Source: Octopus vulgaris (lineage: Eukaryota). Taken from it: a stretch of 64,000 nt of DNA. The notes under the pieces were generated by a model that was not told the origin of the DNA, did not search any database, and worked only from the letters and a program-made list of their open reading frames with translations. Of this stretch, positions 13,069-27,894 are shown piece by piece. The position numbers were made by a program, and so were the translations under genes. Where the stretch lies: positions 83,948,001 to 84,012,000 of the forward strand of contig OX597818.1 of NCBI GenBank assembly GCA_951406725.2. The letters run 5' to 3'. Position 1 is the stretch's first letter; the number at the start of each line of letters is the position of its first letter.

Positions 13069-13753
13069 TAATACATACATACACACACATACACACACAC
13101 GCACACCCACAACCACACATACATATATATAGATATATATATATATAGAGAGAGAGATAGATAGATGGATAGATAGATAGATAGATAGATACGTATATAC
13201 AAACATATACATACACACATATATATGTATGCATACATACAAATATATATATATATGCAAGCGTATATAAGTGTATAGGTAAGCCTATATATATATATAT
13301 GCTTACCTATACGCACGTGTATAGAAATATGTTAGTTATGCGTAGAAATTTAGATAAATTATATCTTTACGTCTTGTTCTTGAATATTCCTTTCCCAGAA
13401 GAAAATATAAAAAACAAAACTTTTGACGTAATCGCATTTACAAACACACATATAAACACATATACACAAGCATAAGCATAAACGCACAAACACACACTTA
13501 AATTCTCTCGTAAATTCATATATACAAACGCATATTGTCTCTTCCTTACCTACTTTGTATTCCTTAGGCAGTCACTATCTTTCTCTCTCTCTCTCTCTTT
13601 CCTCTCTCTCCTCATTCTCTTCCCTCTTCTATCTGCTTTTTCCTCTCTCTCTAGCTCTCTTTCCTATTCTTGAATTGTTGGTGAATTTTCAGCGTAAGTA
13701 TAGAATAAAAATAAAACAGAAGAAAATATGCAGAAATAGTTAGAGAGAGAGAC

Positions 13754-13786
<33 letters not shown>

Positions 13787-14339
13787 CAGAGTAAATGAGA
13801 GAGGTGGAAAGGGAGAGTTCAGACAGAAAAAAGAACTATCTTTTAGCAAAATGTATAGAAATACAATCTCTTAACCATTTTTATAGCTCTCCAGTGGTAC
13901 CAGAGCGCACTCTGGTGTACGCTCAAGAAGTCATGTTATGACAAATGGAGCAAGATTGTGACTCACAATTATAAATCTACTCTTAGTAGCATTAATCTAA
14001 TTTATACATTATTCACTATAACATCTTTCGTTACTATGTGCGCGAGCGTGCGAGTGTGCATACACACATACGTTCACACATACATACATACATACATACA
14101 TACATACATGCAGAGATACATACATACATACATACATACATGCAGAGATACATGTATACATACATGCACACAGTGGTTTATATATATGTGTGGGGGGGTA
14201 TAAATACGTATATATATGCATGTATGTATACGTATGTGTGCATATGCGTATGTATACGCAAGTGTGTCTCAGTCTCAATATATACATATCTCAATATACC
14301 AAATATACAACTCGCATTCATACACATACATATATATCC

Positions 14340-14376
<37 letters not shown>

Positions 14377-15079
14377 CATATGTATGTACTTACCTATCCA
14401 TCCATCTCTCTATATATATACACACACACATATATATATATGTGTGTGTATGTATATATATATATATATGTATATATGTGTAAATGTATATATATATACA
14501 CACACGTATACATATACATATATATGTGTGTGTGTGTTGATTAATTGCTAGAGGGATGCGTATGCGTATTTGTGTGTGTGTGCGTGTGTGTGCGTGCGCG
14601 TGTGTGTGTAGATTTCTAACATCGAAAGACAGATACTGAAACAAGATTAAACATTACCTCATAAAGTAGTCATCACAAATAATAAAATAAAATAATTATT
14701 GTTTTTATAAACTACATATTTATATCATCATATTTTTGTGTACTTGATATATTGTATCATTAGTTCTCATAAAAGAGTAATGACTAATGATTAATGCTAC
14801 ACCCAAAATGTTCTTTTCTAAAGCAGGTTGAAAAACCTGCATTTCAGCGAAGCACCACAATCACTCACCCTGTATGCTTACCGTCTATCGTCTACTTCTA
14901 GTCCTCTTTGCTTCTCAATGACTTTATCTCACTGTATGTGTGTGTCTGTGTGTGTGTATATATATATATATATGTGTGTATATACATGTGTATATATACA
15001 TGTGTATATATACAAGTGAAACACCTGAAATTTTAAGGTGTTTCCATTATTTTGTCCAACGCCATGTACACACACACAC

Positions 15080-15147
<68 letters not shown>

Positions 15148-15204
15148 ACATATATCTCTCTACATATGTATATATGTATGCATATATTCATACATATATA
15201 TAAA

Positions 15205-15259
<55 letters not shown>

Positions 15260-15498
15260 ATTATTATATGTAGAAAAATACAAACCTGGACAAGAACGCA
15301 AAACACTTAGAAGACGATATAAAAAACACGGACAGGACATTCGAAGCCCTCAATCGTCAGTCAAGAACCGGATCATCGTAGCAATTTCGGCTGATTAAGT
15401 GCGTGTACTCTGTTTAACGAAAGTTTGAATATGATTTTTTAAACTATTCTGTGCAATATATCAGATACATATAATACAATTTGTATGTGGTTTGTATA

Positions 15499-16081
15499 TT
15501 TACAACAGGCCTGATATCTGCTGTATTTGTTCTGTTGTATTATTCTGCATTTTCCTATGGCTGGCTCTGTTTGCCTCAATAAAAACACAAGCTCTTAACA
15601 ATTGTTTGTTTTATTCGTTTTTCTATATGTAGATATTCTTTCGTCCATATGCGAGTTTACCACTGAGGGGGAGTATAATCTAACCGACCTTCTGAGTAAG
15701 GAGTTTACCGCTGACATTTTGTAACTCGCTGAACATTCGCTTTCTCAATATATAGCTACTTGAAAGCAGTGAGCTGGCAGAAACGCGGAGTAATTGAAAC
15801 AGGGACAACTGATGAAGGGGAATATTCTTTATGTTGTATGTCTCGTTTTTCTGTTTTTACGTTGTTCAAAAAAAGTTCGTTTTCTATATTTTTGTTTTTA
15901 TGATTTCGTTTCTCATTGTGTTCAACGTGTTTTTTTTTTCTTTTTGATGTCCTGTACACATATATGCATGTATATATACATATATACATAAATATATATG
16001 TATATATATGTAGGTATGTGCATATATATATGTATATATGCCTATATATATATGCTGTTTACTTTTCCAAATAAGTTTTAT

Positions 16082-16153
<72 letters not shown>

Positions 16154-16162
16154 GTTTATATA

Positions 16163-16206
<44 letters not shown>

Positions 16207-16456
16207 TACAATATGCCTGATATCTGCTGTATTTGTTCTGTTGTATTATTCTGCATTTTTCTGTGGCTAGCTCTGTTTGCTTTAGAAAAAAAAAACAAGC
16301 TCTTAACAATTGTTTGTTTCATTTAGTTGGTTTTCTATATGTAGATATTCTTTCCTTCGTATGCGAGGGGGAGTATAATCTAACTGACCTTCTGAGTAAG
16401 GAGTTTACCATTGACATTCTGTAACTCGCTGAACATTCGCTTTATCAATATATAGC
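15499..16456. repeat. ~255-bp direct repeat pair (15499-15756 and 16205-16456)
   Basis: Both copies read gcctgatatctgctgtatttgttctg...gaccttctgagtaaggagtttacc...gtaactcgctgaacattcgcttt..caatatatagc. Confidence 0.9.
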
Positions 16457-16458
16457 AA

Positions 16459-16811
16459 CGAGATAAACGCGCCGCGTCCAATGGACGGCGCTGAGTTGTC
16501 AAATATTTAAACCAAATTTTCTCAAAATAACTTGTCCGACCGTCCCATTGGCCTCCCCTTTTGTGACACCAGCAAAAGAAGAAAGAAAGATAGACTTTTT
16601 TTCTATTCCAAGAAAAACGATTTTCTCACGGCTTTATCGATCGTATTCTCACCTGGAATCGATTTTTGTAATTTTTCCAAGACCTATACACGCCCTGTCA
16701 CCGTCGGTATCTTCATATCAAATTTGAGCGCAATCGGATGGAGGATACCCGAGATCCTAGAAGACACACACACACACACACACACACACAGAACGGATTT
16801 TATACAATAGA
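16459..16811 (-). mobile_element. Non-autonomous Helitron-like element
   Basis: The minus strand begins A|TCTATTG, has an internal (TG)n, a GC-rich subterminal hairpin (16469-16491) and ends CTCG|T (CTRR variant). No TSD. Confidence 0.7.
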
Positions 16812-16816
16812 TTTGT

Positions 16817-17020
16817 AGGCGGCGAGTTGGCTGAAACGTTAGCACGCCAGGCGAAATGCTTAGCAGTCTTTACCTTCAGAGTTCAAATTCCGCCGAGATC
16901 AACTCTGCCTTTCATCCTTTTGGGGTCGATAAATTAAGTACCATTTGCGTACTGGGGTAGATCTAATCGACTGGCCCCACCCTCAACATTTCGTACTTTG
17001 TGCCTAGAGCAGAAAAGAAA
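16817..17020 (+). mobile_element. tRNA-derived SINE family A
   Basis: Head aggcggcgagttggctgaaacgttagc, B-box-like gagttcaaattcc and the conserved core gcctttcatccttttggggtcgataaattaagtacc. Confidence 0.85.
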
Positions 17021-17180
17021 TATATATAGTATCAGCTGTTTGCTACAAGAATGATACAAGATCTATTTCTGTAGAAATAGTAATACACAATACATATTGT
17101 ATTTTACTTCAGTATTTCTTTCTAAATTTTTTATTAGCTTCTCATTGCTATTATTTGTGTGTGTTTTACCTTATTTATTT

Positions 17181-17213
<33 letters not shown>

Positions 17214-18329
17214 GCCCTTAGACCCGGCTACTCGATTTCCAAAGCGTATAAATGACCGTGATCTTATCATTATCCCTTAATGAGAAGCCGGCCTGTTGGA
17301 GTTTTCAAGGTTTTAATTTTAGGGGCAAAATTATTGTGTCTACTGTATAAGGCAGTAACCAAGGAAAAAATTGAAATCCAGAATTTCCTAAAATCTTTTA
17401 CTTACAACTACAATTCCTCCTAAATGATTTCTCCTCTTTGGAGTCGTTAACTCGTTTTGTCAACATATCTATATGTATGTATGTATGTATTTATTAATAT
17501 ATATCAAAATGATGTGTTACGACCCTATTCCACATATACAAAAACAGCCATACCAACAATCCAAAACGTCTCCATCATCAGCTGCCCCACGAATATCATT
17601 ATGGTTTCGACACCTGGGCAGTATCATTCAATCCGGCAGTCTCAACACCACTAAAAGAAGTGTTGTTTGGGAAAAAACATACCAAACAAAAAAAAACTTT
17701 CAAAAATATTTACACTATGTACAACACAATACAATCTAAATATAGGCAGAATTAAACACTAACTTCAAAATTAAACTACAACAAGAAACACATAAATCTA
17801 TGTACATCTGTATCGGTATAAATAGTAAACCTAAATAGCAACCAATCTTTAAGTCCATACAAATAATAATCCCACTAATCTTCCGTAGTTACTACTATAA
17901 TAAAAGAAAGTGAAAGCCTTATTTCAATTCTCTCCCAAACAAAACAAGACTGAATTTAATTTAACGAATAATAAAATGATAATGAGTGAAGTACATTATC
18001 TAATAATTCAAAAGATAATAATAAAATCACTTCAAACTCTTAATATATATTACCCTTACAAGCTATAATGTAAATTTACTAATAACTAGTAGAAACATTA
18101 AAGTTATGTATGTGTGCATGCGTGTGTGTGTTTGTCCCCATCACCACTTGAAACCGTGTTGGTGTGTTTACTTCCACTGTTTCATCAATCTATGTTGTTT
18201 TCAGAACAAAATCATGTACAGTTTATGAGAGTTTCTTCTTTCATTACGGAAAGAAACTATAACGACCACCTAGTAATAATCAATAATTGTATGAAAAATG
18301 CTAATATCCCTGCATACTTTAGAGAAAAA

Positions 18330-18950
18330 TACCCGTGTATCGGACGATATATCAACACTGCTAAAACAGATATATCTCTTAGGATCAGCATAAAACTAAA
18401 AGCTAACACTATAAAATGCATAGGAAACAATTTTGAAGGTCAAATCTCCAAATCTAATCGTGACATGGAAATCAAGATTAGTAAAACAAGCAAAGCGCTT
18501 AACTGTCTGGATAAGACATGGACATCTAATCTTCCATCAAAAAACTAAAACAGACTTTCGAACTGTAGCTGAATAAATTTTCGTTTATGGCTCACACGAC
18601 GAAAACACTGAATGGCACGTACACCAGAATGCTCCGTGCTGTACTAAATATCGAACGGCGTCAATACGTGACTAATAAAGAGCTACAAGAAGACATGCCA
18701 CAATCAGAGAGACAATACAAAATCACAAGCTGAGATTTATTGGTCACTGCTGGTGTAAAAAAAGTGAGCTAGTAGCTGAAGTTCGTCTTTTGTAACCTTC
18801 ACATTATAAACGGAAACCAACAAAAATTTCTACATCATCCATTTGCTAAAGACGCTGGATGTACTCCCCAAGAGCTTAAAAAAAAGGGTACATATGACAG
18901 AGAGGAATGAAATGCACATGTCGGAAAGGCCTAGAAATTCTCGATTCACA
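18330..18950 (+). mobile_element. Decayed RTE-clade LINE 3' fragment
   Basis: Peptides RDMEIKISKTSKALNCLDKTWTSNLP, LNGTYTRMLRAVLNI, VTNKEL and KLRFIGHCW, broken by frameshifts and stops. Confidence 0.8.
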
Positions 18951-20127
18951 CTAAAATTGCTATATAAGTCTCTACTTTTATTACGTACATCGCGGTAGAT
19001 GTTTTTAAGTTAATCTTCCATGTTTATAATAATTTTATCTTTTGAATTTTTCTAGATCTTCCCAGGATAATTCGATTTCAATATTTTTTGCTTAGTCATA
19101 TTTTGCTGGTAAATGTGAGTTATCACAGGCTTGATGTGTGTAATTTTATCTAGACTGAGTATTTGCTATAAGAGATGGGAAATTTTATTTTCCTGAATGG
19201 ATAGAGCTATTTTTCCTTTGTAGAGCTTGCCGTGTCTAACTAGTCGTGAAAGAAATGTCTATATATTATCAAAAGCTGAGCTGAGTATGCATTGTTTAAC
19301 AAACATTTCTTACTCGCTGATTTATCGATATATTTCTTTAACCGTAGAATTTCCGCTTCTATATTTTCTTCGCCCGCAGTAGTGTGTATTTCGTCGTTCA
19401 ATCAATTTCTTCCGGAATATTTTAAGTACATTTTTCATTGTTTCTTATTTTATAGGGCAGTTTTTATATGCGTGTATTTGGACAGCTGTAATTCATAGTT
19501 TGAATACACGATGGCATTCTTCTGTATACAGACTATACATGCATACGTAAGTGCGTATGCGTGTTTGTACGTCGGTGAATGAGATGTATTTGTATCTAAA
19601 TAGTTTTGTAACCAGAAATGAAATGCATTACACATTCCCCAGAAACGATAGTAAATATATTTTATTCATCTAATGTCTAGAATCTAGACAAATAACCACA
19701 ACTCATTTTGTATATTCAAGCATTATGTCTACATTTACACAGTGCTTCCGGAAGAGGAACATTTCCGACATAGTCTTCTTGCCGATATTTTGTATGAGAC
19801 CATTCTTGAATCTAGCAGACTCGTGTTAAAAAGCCTTGCACTTATGGATATACCAATTATTTGATTTTACAGATATATTTATTTTTTAATCTTTAATGAT
19901 ATAGGCGCAGGCATGCCTGTGTTGATGGCAAGCTCGCTTTGCAACCATGTGATTTCGGATTTAGTCTCACTGCGTGGCACTTTGAGCAATTGTCTTCTAC
20001 TCTACCTCCGAGCCGACGAATGCATTGTTAGTGAATTTGATAGAAAGAAACTGTGGGGAAGCCCTACATACGCGTGTGTGTGTGTGTGATTTCATACACA
20101 CACGCGCGCACATCTATCTATCTATCG

Positions 20128-20201
<74 letters not shown>

Positions 20202-20208
20202 ATATCTA

Positions 20209-20245
<37 letters not shown>

Positions 20246-20251
<6 letters not shown>

Positions 20252-20339
20252 TATATAGAAGGAGCTTCTACAGGACTAGAACTGTTTCATTCAAGAGAAA
20301 CAGTTCTAGTCCTGTAGAAGCTCCTTCTATATAATAAAT
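20246..20339. repeat. Perfect 43-bp inverted repeat with 8-nt spacer
   Basis: atttattatatagaaggagcttctacaggactagaactgtttc [attcaaga] followed by its exact reverse complement. Confidence 0.97.
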
Positions 20340-21333
20340 TAATTTTACTCTGCTATGTATTGAGTACCTTATTTACTGTGGTTAACCCCGAATCAACCCG
20401 GGACCTACATATATATATATATATATTTACACGTACATGGACTGCGGCTATAGTGGAACACCACCGTGAAGGATTTAATCAATCAAATCGATCCCATTAC
20501 TTATTCTATCGGTTCCTCTTGTCGAACCACTCAGTTAAGTGGGTATAGAGGAATCAACACCGATTCTGAACTGCGCTGGGAAACAAACACACACTCATAT
20601 AAATAGTAACAAACTCACATATGAACACATGACGATTGCTCCATCTTCACAGATAAATGCCATTTCCTTTTCCTTAATGTCAATTGCATTTCTGACTTTC
20701 CGTCCATGACTTCTCAGATAACTATTCTGTTCCTATGCAGATCTACATGCTTAAAAGCATAGGGGAAAACGGAAAGTAGTACTTTAAGGCACGATTACGA
20801 CTGGCTACATCAGCACATGTCACCAATCTTCCTTCACCATAGGCCCTTCACTAGGTGGAATGACAAATGAATTTACCTCAAAGAGACATCGGTTCGTAAT
20901 TTTGCTTTAATGATAAACGCTTGAGTAACACGACTAACATTCTCCTAGTGTCGCTGATTAGTACCTCGTGATAGGCCGAACCGAGTTGATCACTAATCAC
21001 ATAAAAATGCAGGTTTTACATTAGAGTGTGACTCTACGTCAGAGTGCCCCTCTCCAAGAAGGAGGCTCACAACAGCTAGGGGTCCCTCACTACCTGCGGT
21101 TTTACTGTCCGTCCTGACACAAAACCAAGGGTATTTCAGCGTCCGCGCTCAGATGAATTATCATCACGTAAACCAGTTAATCTGTAGCTTAGATTCTGAC
21201 AGGTCCTGCTATTCCGGGTCTGAATAGACCTGAGAACAATAATGACTCAGAGATGGTTTTACACTCCTTAGAACCTTGGAAGTCCAGACCGAACCAGAGC
21301 TCCTTTACAGATGCAGTTTAAAGTCACATATGT

Positions 21334-21392
<59 letters not shown>

Positions 21393-22540
21393 CATACAGA
21401 CACACGCATACACGCACATGCTCCCGCAAACACACACACATACAGTATGGACTCTCCCGTCGAAGACGCCGTATGAGCATTCAGCCTCTGCCGAGCGACC
21501 TGCACGAATTATTTCTTTATAATGCTCAAAAGTATATGCTGTACTCTTTCTATCAAATCGACGTGTCCTGAACAGGTGCATGATGTACCACGCGTCAAGT
21601 ATCAAAGATATCACAGAGCAGCGTGAGACGAAATGTTTTGCTCAAGAACACTTACCCAAAGTCTCGCGCTGTGAGACTGAACCATAAAACTCGCGATTGC
21701 AAAGCAAGCTCCTTAACCACACAGTCATGTCTAAACCGAGATATACCCTGGACTTGCATTAAAAGTCTGACATGATTCTATTGATTTAATAGCAAACCCT
21801 TTGATACTGCAAACAAATTTACTTTCGTTGAATGGTAGGGTAAAATATTATTATGTTCAAACAGTTAAATAATAAAAAAAAATCCCATACTTATTTTCAA
21901 TAGCTTTTAGAAAATTAAATGTAGCTTGCTCTTAATGTTATTTGAGATAATTAACATCTCTGTTAATCATGTGAATCATGAACACGAATCAGAAGCAGCA
22001 AAATATTGATATATTTTTAGTCCAAATCAGGTCAGCTATGATCGAACAAACAGGGGCACGTTAGTTACTTATTTAATCCATGATCTAGGTGCAATCCACT
22101 TATTCACTATTCCATACCATGGATCAACCTTATTAAGGATTACACTGTACATTCTCACATGTAGTGAGCCTGATTAGTGATGTCATCTCTTGCATGGTGT
22201 TGTTGTATGTGGGATCAAATGGTAACAAAAACAGAGTTGGGCAAATACAAAATCAGTCGTACATTGTTAAACTAGAATTTAAGATGTTTAAACTTTGTTC
22301 TAATTCAATAACAAAAATAAACTAAAAGCAGAAAGAACCATAAACCATTTATGGTTGGAATAAGTTTTACACGTAATCTTACAGAGTTTAGCGCAAGAGA
22401 AAAGTGCCATTCTTCAAGGTTAAATTTATGGTAAGTGCAGAGAACAAGTGTTTTCTTTCTTTCCTTTTTATTTATTTTTTTTCAGCAAAATCAAAGAAAG
22501 GATGAAAGGAATACAGAGAAAAACAAAGATGTGCGGAGTA

Positions 22541-22766
22541 TTCTTTTATGCTCTAGACACAAGGTCCGAATTGTTTTTTTGGAGGGGGTAGCAGTGGATT
22601 AGATCGACCTCAGTACGCAGCTGGTGCTTAATTTATCGACCCCGAAAGGATGAAAGACAAAGTCGACATCGGCAGAATTTGAACTCAGAACTTAAAGACA
22701 GACGAAATAACGCTAAGTATTTCGCCCGGCATTATTACGTTTCTGCCACTGCCAGCTCGTCGCCTT
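22541..22766 (-). mobile_element. tRNA-derived SINE family A
   Basis: Reverse complement of the family A head and core (atttatcgaccccgaaaggatgaaag...tttgaactcagaac...cagctcgtcgcct). Confidence 0.85.
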
Positions 22767-22799
22767 AAAGATGAACGGAATATTAACGATTTTAATCTT

Positions 22800-23224
22800 T
22801 TTTAAACATATTTCTATTGAAATACACTGTTTTTCCGTCAATCACTTTCATAAATGAAGAAGAATATAGTAAAATAACTGTCATTATTGAACTGCGATTT
22901 GGAACATAAATTTACATGAAACTTTGATAAAAGATTTTTATTTAGCTCCCTTTAAAACGGAATGTTTACATCACAGAACCAGGGACAGTCTCGTATGGCT
23001 TAATATAAAAAAGGTTTAACAATATTTCTTTTGAAATACTCTGCTTTCGTTCCTATTAATTTTTAAAATTATCAAGATATTCGTAAAAACAGTTGTCGTT
23101 ATTAAACTAAGTTCAAGAAGTTTACATGAAATTTTGGTAGGTTTAAATTTGGACACTTTATAACGGAATTATTGTATCAGAGAACCAGAAGTGGTCTTAG
23201 GTAGGCTAGTATCAATAGGGTTAA
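22800..23224. mobile_element. Two diverged tandem ~215-bp copies of a piggyBac-like MITE end
   Basis: The units share atatttc..tgaaatac, tttacatgaaa, aacggaat and agaaccag. They end in aaggtttaa and atagGGTTAA (GGG terminus plus TTAA). Confidence 0.45.
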
Positions 23225-23892
23225 ATACGTGGCACTATATATTAGTTAAACGATTTGTTTCTGGGAGTATTCTACTTGTATGGCACCCATTATATTTCGT
23301 TAGGATAATGGTTTATGCAAATGATAGAGCATTTGGAAATAAATACCAAGTCTATGTTTGTCCCGACAACCGATGCTAGTGTGTTACGTCCCCGTAACTT
23401 AGCAGTTCGGCAAGAGACCGATAGAATAAGTACTAGGCTTAAGTACTAGGCTTACAAAGAATAAGTCCTGGGGTCAATTTGCTCGACTAAAGGCGGTGCT
23501 CTAGCATGGCCACAGTCAAATGACTGAAACAAGTAAAAGAGTAAAGAGTATAGTATATGGTGTGTCTCAGCCATTTCTTACCAGGAGAAATCCTTCCGTT
23601 ACCCGGTAGTTAGATAGATAGTTAGATTGAGAGAGAGAGAGAGAGAAAAACAGAGGAAAAATAAATCTCACCACTTAAGAGGTACTTTATTCGTTGACCC
23701 CGAAAGTTCAAACAGGATTTGAACGCAAAACGGATGTAGCCAGAAATAATATAGCAAGCTATACTATTCAGTACACTAACGGTTCTACTAATCTAGAGCA
23801 TACATACACATGTGTGTATCAGTGTATTTGCATACATATGCATGTGATTATACATACATATATACATATGTATTTGTGTATGTATGTATATA

Positions 23893-23939
<47 letters not shown>

Positions 23940-23943
23940 GCAT

Positions 23944-24014
<71 letters not shown>

Positions 24015-24974
24015 CACACACATAACCACAGATAGACGGACGCATGTATATATGTTTCAACGTGTATGCGTATTTTATCTTTTTTTTTTCTTCTTGACGA
24101 ATGCCTGGATCAAGGTATCTATAGAACAATCTTGATGCAGATACAGAACTCGTGTTTCTATAATTTCTCCAGGGCACCGCCACCACCGCCGCCGCCGCCG
24201 CCATCACCACCACTACTACCACCACCACCACCACACCAACAGTGGCACCACTACTACAACTACTACTACTGCAACTCCTGTAGTTGCTTTCGCTATTCTT
24301 GATGTTTTTGTGGTAGTTGTTGTTGTTGCTATTGTTGTTGGTTTTCTCGGTGTTACAATGCAGTATTCTTGCAGCTATGCTATTGTTGCTGCAGTTATCT
24401 GATTCGTTGTGTTCATTGCTTAATACTTGTTCCTGCACTGCAATCAACAACAAAAACAACATCAACAACGCACAAGACCACAAGCATGACCATCACACCC
24501 ACCATCATCTACACCACCGCAACTACCACACTCATAACCAGCCCTCCTTTTACCCTGCATCTCCTACTACCACCACCACCACAACATGCTAATACTTCAA
24601 TACTGTAAGGATTATAACACATGTAAATATTGCATCATTGCAATTGGAAATAATCACACCATTATATCAGAACAATACTTAGATAAAGCAAACAATTAAC
24701 GAACAGATCTACGCAAATCCGATGCACGCTAACACTAATGAACCGGTATAACATTCGTGAGCGTTCATACTGATACTCTGAATTAAAATAAGAGCAGAGT
24801 AATAGACGGGGGAGAATGATTGGAGGAAAACGAACACGCACATAGTAAAAAGCGATGGAATAGAGGAATATATTTAGATAAAGGCATAGATAAAGAGAGC
24901 GTACGAGTACATGTGTTTGTACCTATGCATACAGGTATGTGCATGTAATTATGTATACATATATGTCTCGCTAC

Positions 24975-25063
<89 letters not shown>

Positions 25064-25117
25064 TATCTATCTGTTTATCAATCTATCAACCTTACTCCGT
25101 CTGTCTGTTTCTCCGTA

Positions 25118-25194
<77 letters not shown>

Positions 25195-25291
25195 ATATAT
25201 AATTAATAATATCAGGGTAATAAAAGTTTTTAGAAACTTTTATTAGCAGTGGCTTAGCGTGTAGAAAAATTAGTCAATAGACTATATATTA

Positions 25292-25348
<57 letters not shown>

Positions 25349-25447
25349 TGTATTTATATGAATATATATATTTACTTGCAGTGCCCCAGCATGGCCACAA
25401 CCACAAAAGAATAAAAGAATATACATACATATGTGTGTGTATGTATG

Positions 25448-25479
<32 letters not shown>

Positions 25480-25665
25480 TACACATAAACCTCAGAGGAG
25501 ATCTAGAGATTCTCTGTATAGATGATACTTTGTAATGCTCAAAAGATCCATAGTTAAACTCTGATGTCTTTACAGGGGATCGATTCCACAAGGCAAAGAA
25601 AAGCAATAAGAGGTGTCTGGTTGAACGATTGAACGGGTGTAGGTGCAATAGTACGGACAAAACAT
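25480..25665 (-). mobile_element. Short 3' fragment of a Jockey/CR1-like LINE
   Basis: Minus strand reads FFALWNRSP...YGSFEHYK, resembling the C-terminal WNxLP...FK motif. It abuts a (CA)n tract. Confidence 0.4.
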
Positions 25666-26120
25666 ATTAGATACACTAAATATTCTAAAACTATTAAACA
25701 TTAGATACAAAAATGTATATATGTATATATGCAAAACGAGAGAAGATCTGAAATGTAAGTTCTTCTTCTCCACCCCAATGACGGAGGCTTGTTTTAGCCA
25801 ATGTTATTGAATCTGCCAACATTATTATGAATCTCGGAGCCCCCAGAAATAGCTGTTAAAATAATAACACCTTTTCCCCCCCTTTAATTTTCTCTGTCGA
25901 TTGTACTCCGTCTCATTTGGACCTATTAATATAAATATCTATATATGCACACTTAAAACGTCATCACCCGAAAGTCTCAGCCTTTTGCTTTCTCTTGTTT
26001 GACATGTATACATATATACATAGTGTGTATGCCTTTCATACCAAAACTATTATATTTAATATACTAAATATATTTGGTATATCACATTTCTTTATCCGCA
26101 TAAATGCCTCTCTATATACC

Positions 26121-27295
26121 ATGCATATAGACATGACAGAAGTAAACAGACTCCATTTAAAACATTGTTTTATGTTTAGTTTAACTCGAAAACGTTTATA
26201 CCATATATTAATTGATATTTATATGTTTAAGGTTCATTTTGTCAATGTTTAATTGTGTCATGAACAAAAGAAGCCCTGGAACTGTCCTAATTTCAAAGAT
26301 GTTTTATTATGGATCAATCTGAATGTGGACATGGAGTAAAATCGACAGAAAACCTTGGGATCCCGTTCTCTAGAGTTAATTGAGTCATTGCGAATTGACC
26401 AGAGAGGAGAAGAAGTCCACACCACCTTGCCCAGGTCGACGAGGACCCTCTGACTGGACCCTTCACTTTCTTAGAAAAGTGTGGAGGATAATTCTCGTTG
26501 CAACGCTTCTAACGTGGTGAGAGATTTGATGTCAGTGCCAGAACATCTGTCAGGTATTTCCACAAACATGGCTACTATGGCAGAGCAGCAAGAAGGAAGC
26601 CAATACCAAGTGGAAACAAAATGGGGCCAGTAACATGGTGGAGAGGCCCCTAGAATTTTGGAACAGCACCCAGATTTGCTGAATTTTATGACAGTGTAGA
26701 TCTGAAGACTGTGATCAAGATTTCGACATGACAATATTGCTGCAGCTATTCTGTCATGGCCTGGGGAGCAATTTGGAGTAATGGTCGATCAGAGCTGGTG
26801 GAGTGTAAGGGAAATATAAACTCAGATAGATATGTGATCACATGGCGGAAAGCAATTTTTCCAATCTTCTTCAATCGTGAAATGAGTAAAGAAGATTCTT
26901 CATTTGTGAAAGATGGGTAGCCTTGTAACAAGGCTACAATGACCCTATAGTGATTGGAAGAGAATGGCATTGAAAAGATTCAATGGCCAAGCCAATCACC
27001 AGACATTAACCCAATTGAACAACTCTGAGGAATAATGGACAGGACACGTCGTAAAAAGAACAAGAAAACATCCTAAGAACCAGATCGTTCGAGGTTACTG
27101 CATGAAACTTGGTAAGAATTCCCGAAGGCAATATTCATTATCTGATCAGTCCTTGCACTGAAAAATGCGAAGGTATGACAAATGAATATTAGATATTCAC
27201 ATTATAACAATTACTAAATAATTTGAATGCATAATTTCAGATTTAAATATATTTTAACGATTGTAAGAGTGTCTATTTCTGTCATGGTTATGCAT
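26121..27295 (+). mobile_element. Decayed Tc1-like DNA transposon
   Basis: Peptides SVMAWGAIWSNGRSELV, INSDRY and KDG*PC...WPSQSPDINPIEQL. Imperfect TIRs are tgcat..catgacagaagtaaacagactc and gagtgtctatttctgtcatggttatgca. Confidence 0.8.
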
Positions 27296-27894
27296 ATACG
27301 TATGAACATATATATATGTGTATGTTTGTGTTTGCGTGTGTGTGTGTGTTTATACGTATATACTTATAGGTATATATAAAGATGAGAATGCGTGTCTGTC
27401 TTTGTGTGCTTGTGAATCCCTAACACTCGAAAACTACACAACCGATTTTATACAAAATTTACACATGCCTTACATAGGGTCCATACAGTGTCATGCGCCA
27501 AAGACTTTTCAGTTTCTTGCGTAATGCGAGCCAAGAGCAATCTCTTATCTCTTACACTATTTCAGTATTACGTCTCTATTGTAATGTGAGATAATACATT
27601 CAGTTTGAAAGAAGTCTGTCCTATATATATATATATATATATAAATACGTTATCTCGACAACCAGCTATATTTACTTGAAAGACACTGCCCTACACTTTC
27701 AATTTCAACAAAAATTACTAAGTGATGCATTACGAGAGTGACAATTTTTCAATAATGAATATAATGTTTTGCCGAATTAGTCGCATCTGTACTATAATAA
27801 AGAAAGCTGCTTATCATCTATAATTTGATAAAGCTATAATATTGTTTCACTTTCCTTCCTTCATGTTTAATTCTAATTTAATAACATTAGGATT

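Noticed and set aside
15809-15830. CTGATGA box (also at 29542 and 35943)
   Set aside because: No paired stem II followed by GAAA and a UH site.
19749-19775. CGGAAGA-GGAA cat TTCC-GACA hammerhead look-alike
   Set aside because: Both core boxes are mutated and there is no stem I.
22385-22430. Plus-strand exon candidate (cttacag|...|gtaagt)
   Set aside because: Short, only one open frame with an uninformative peptide, and possibly inside a MITE span.
23896-24608. ORF with a signal-peptide-like start (MWSCALLMLFLLL) and poly-P/H frames
   Set aside because: Degenerate CAC/CAA/TTG repeat region that runs into (TA)n.
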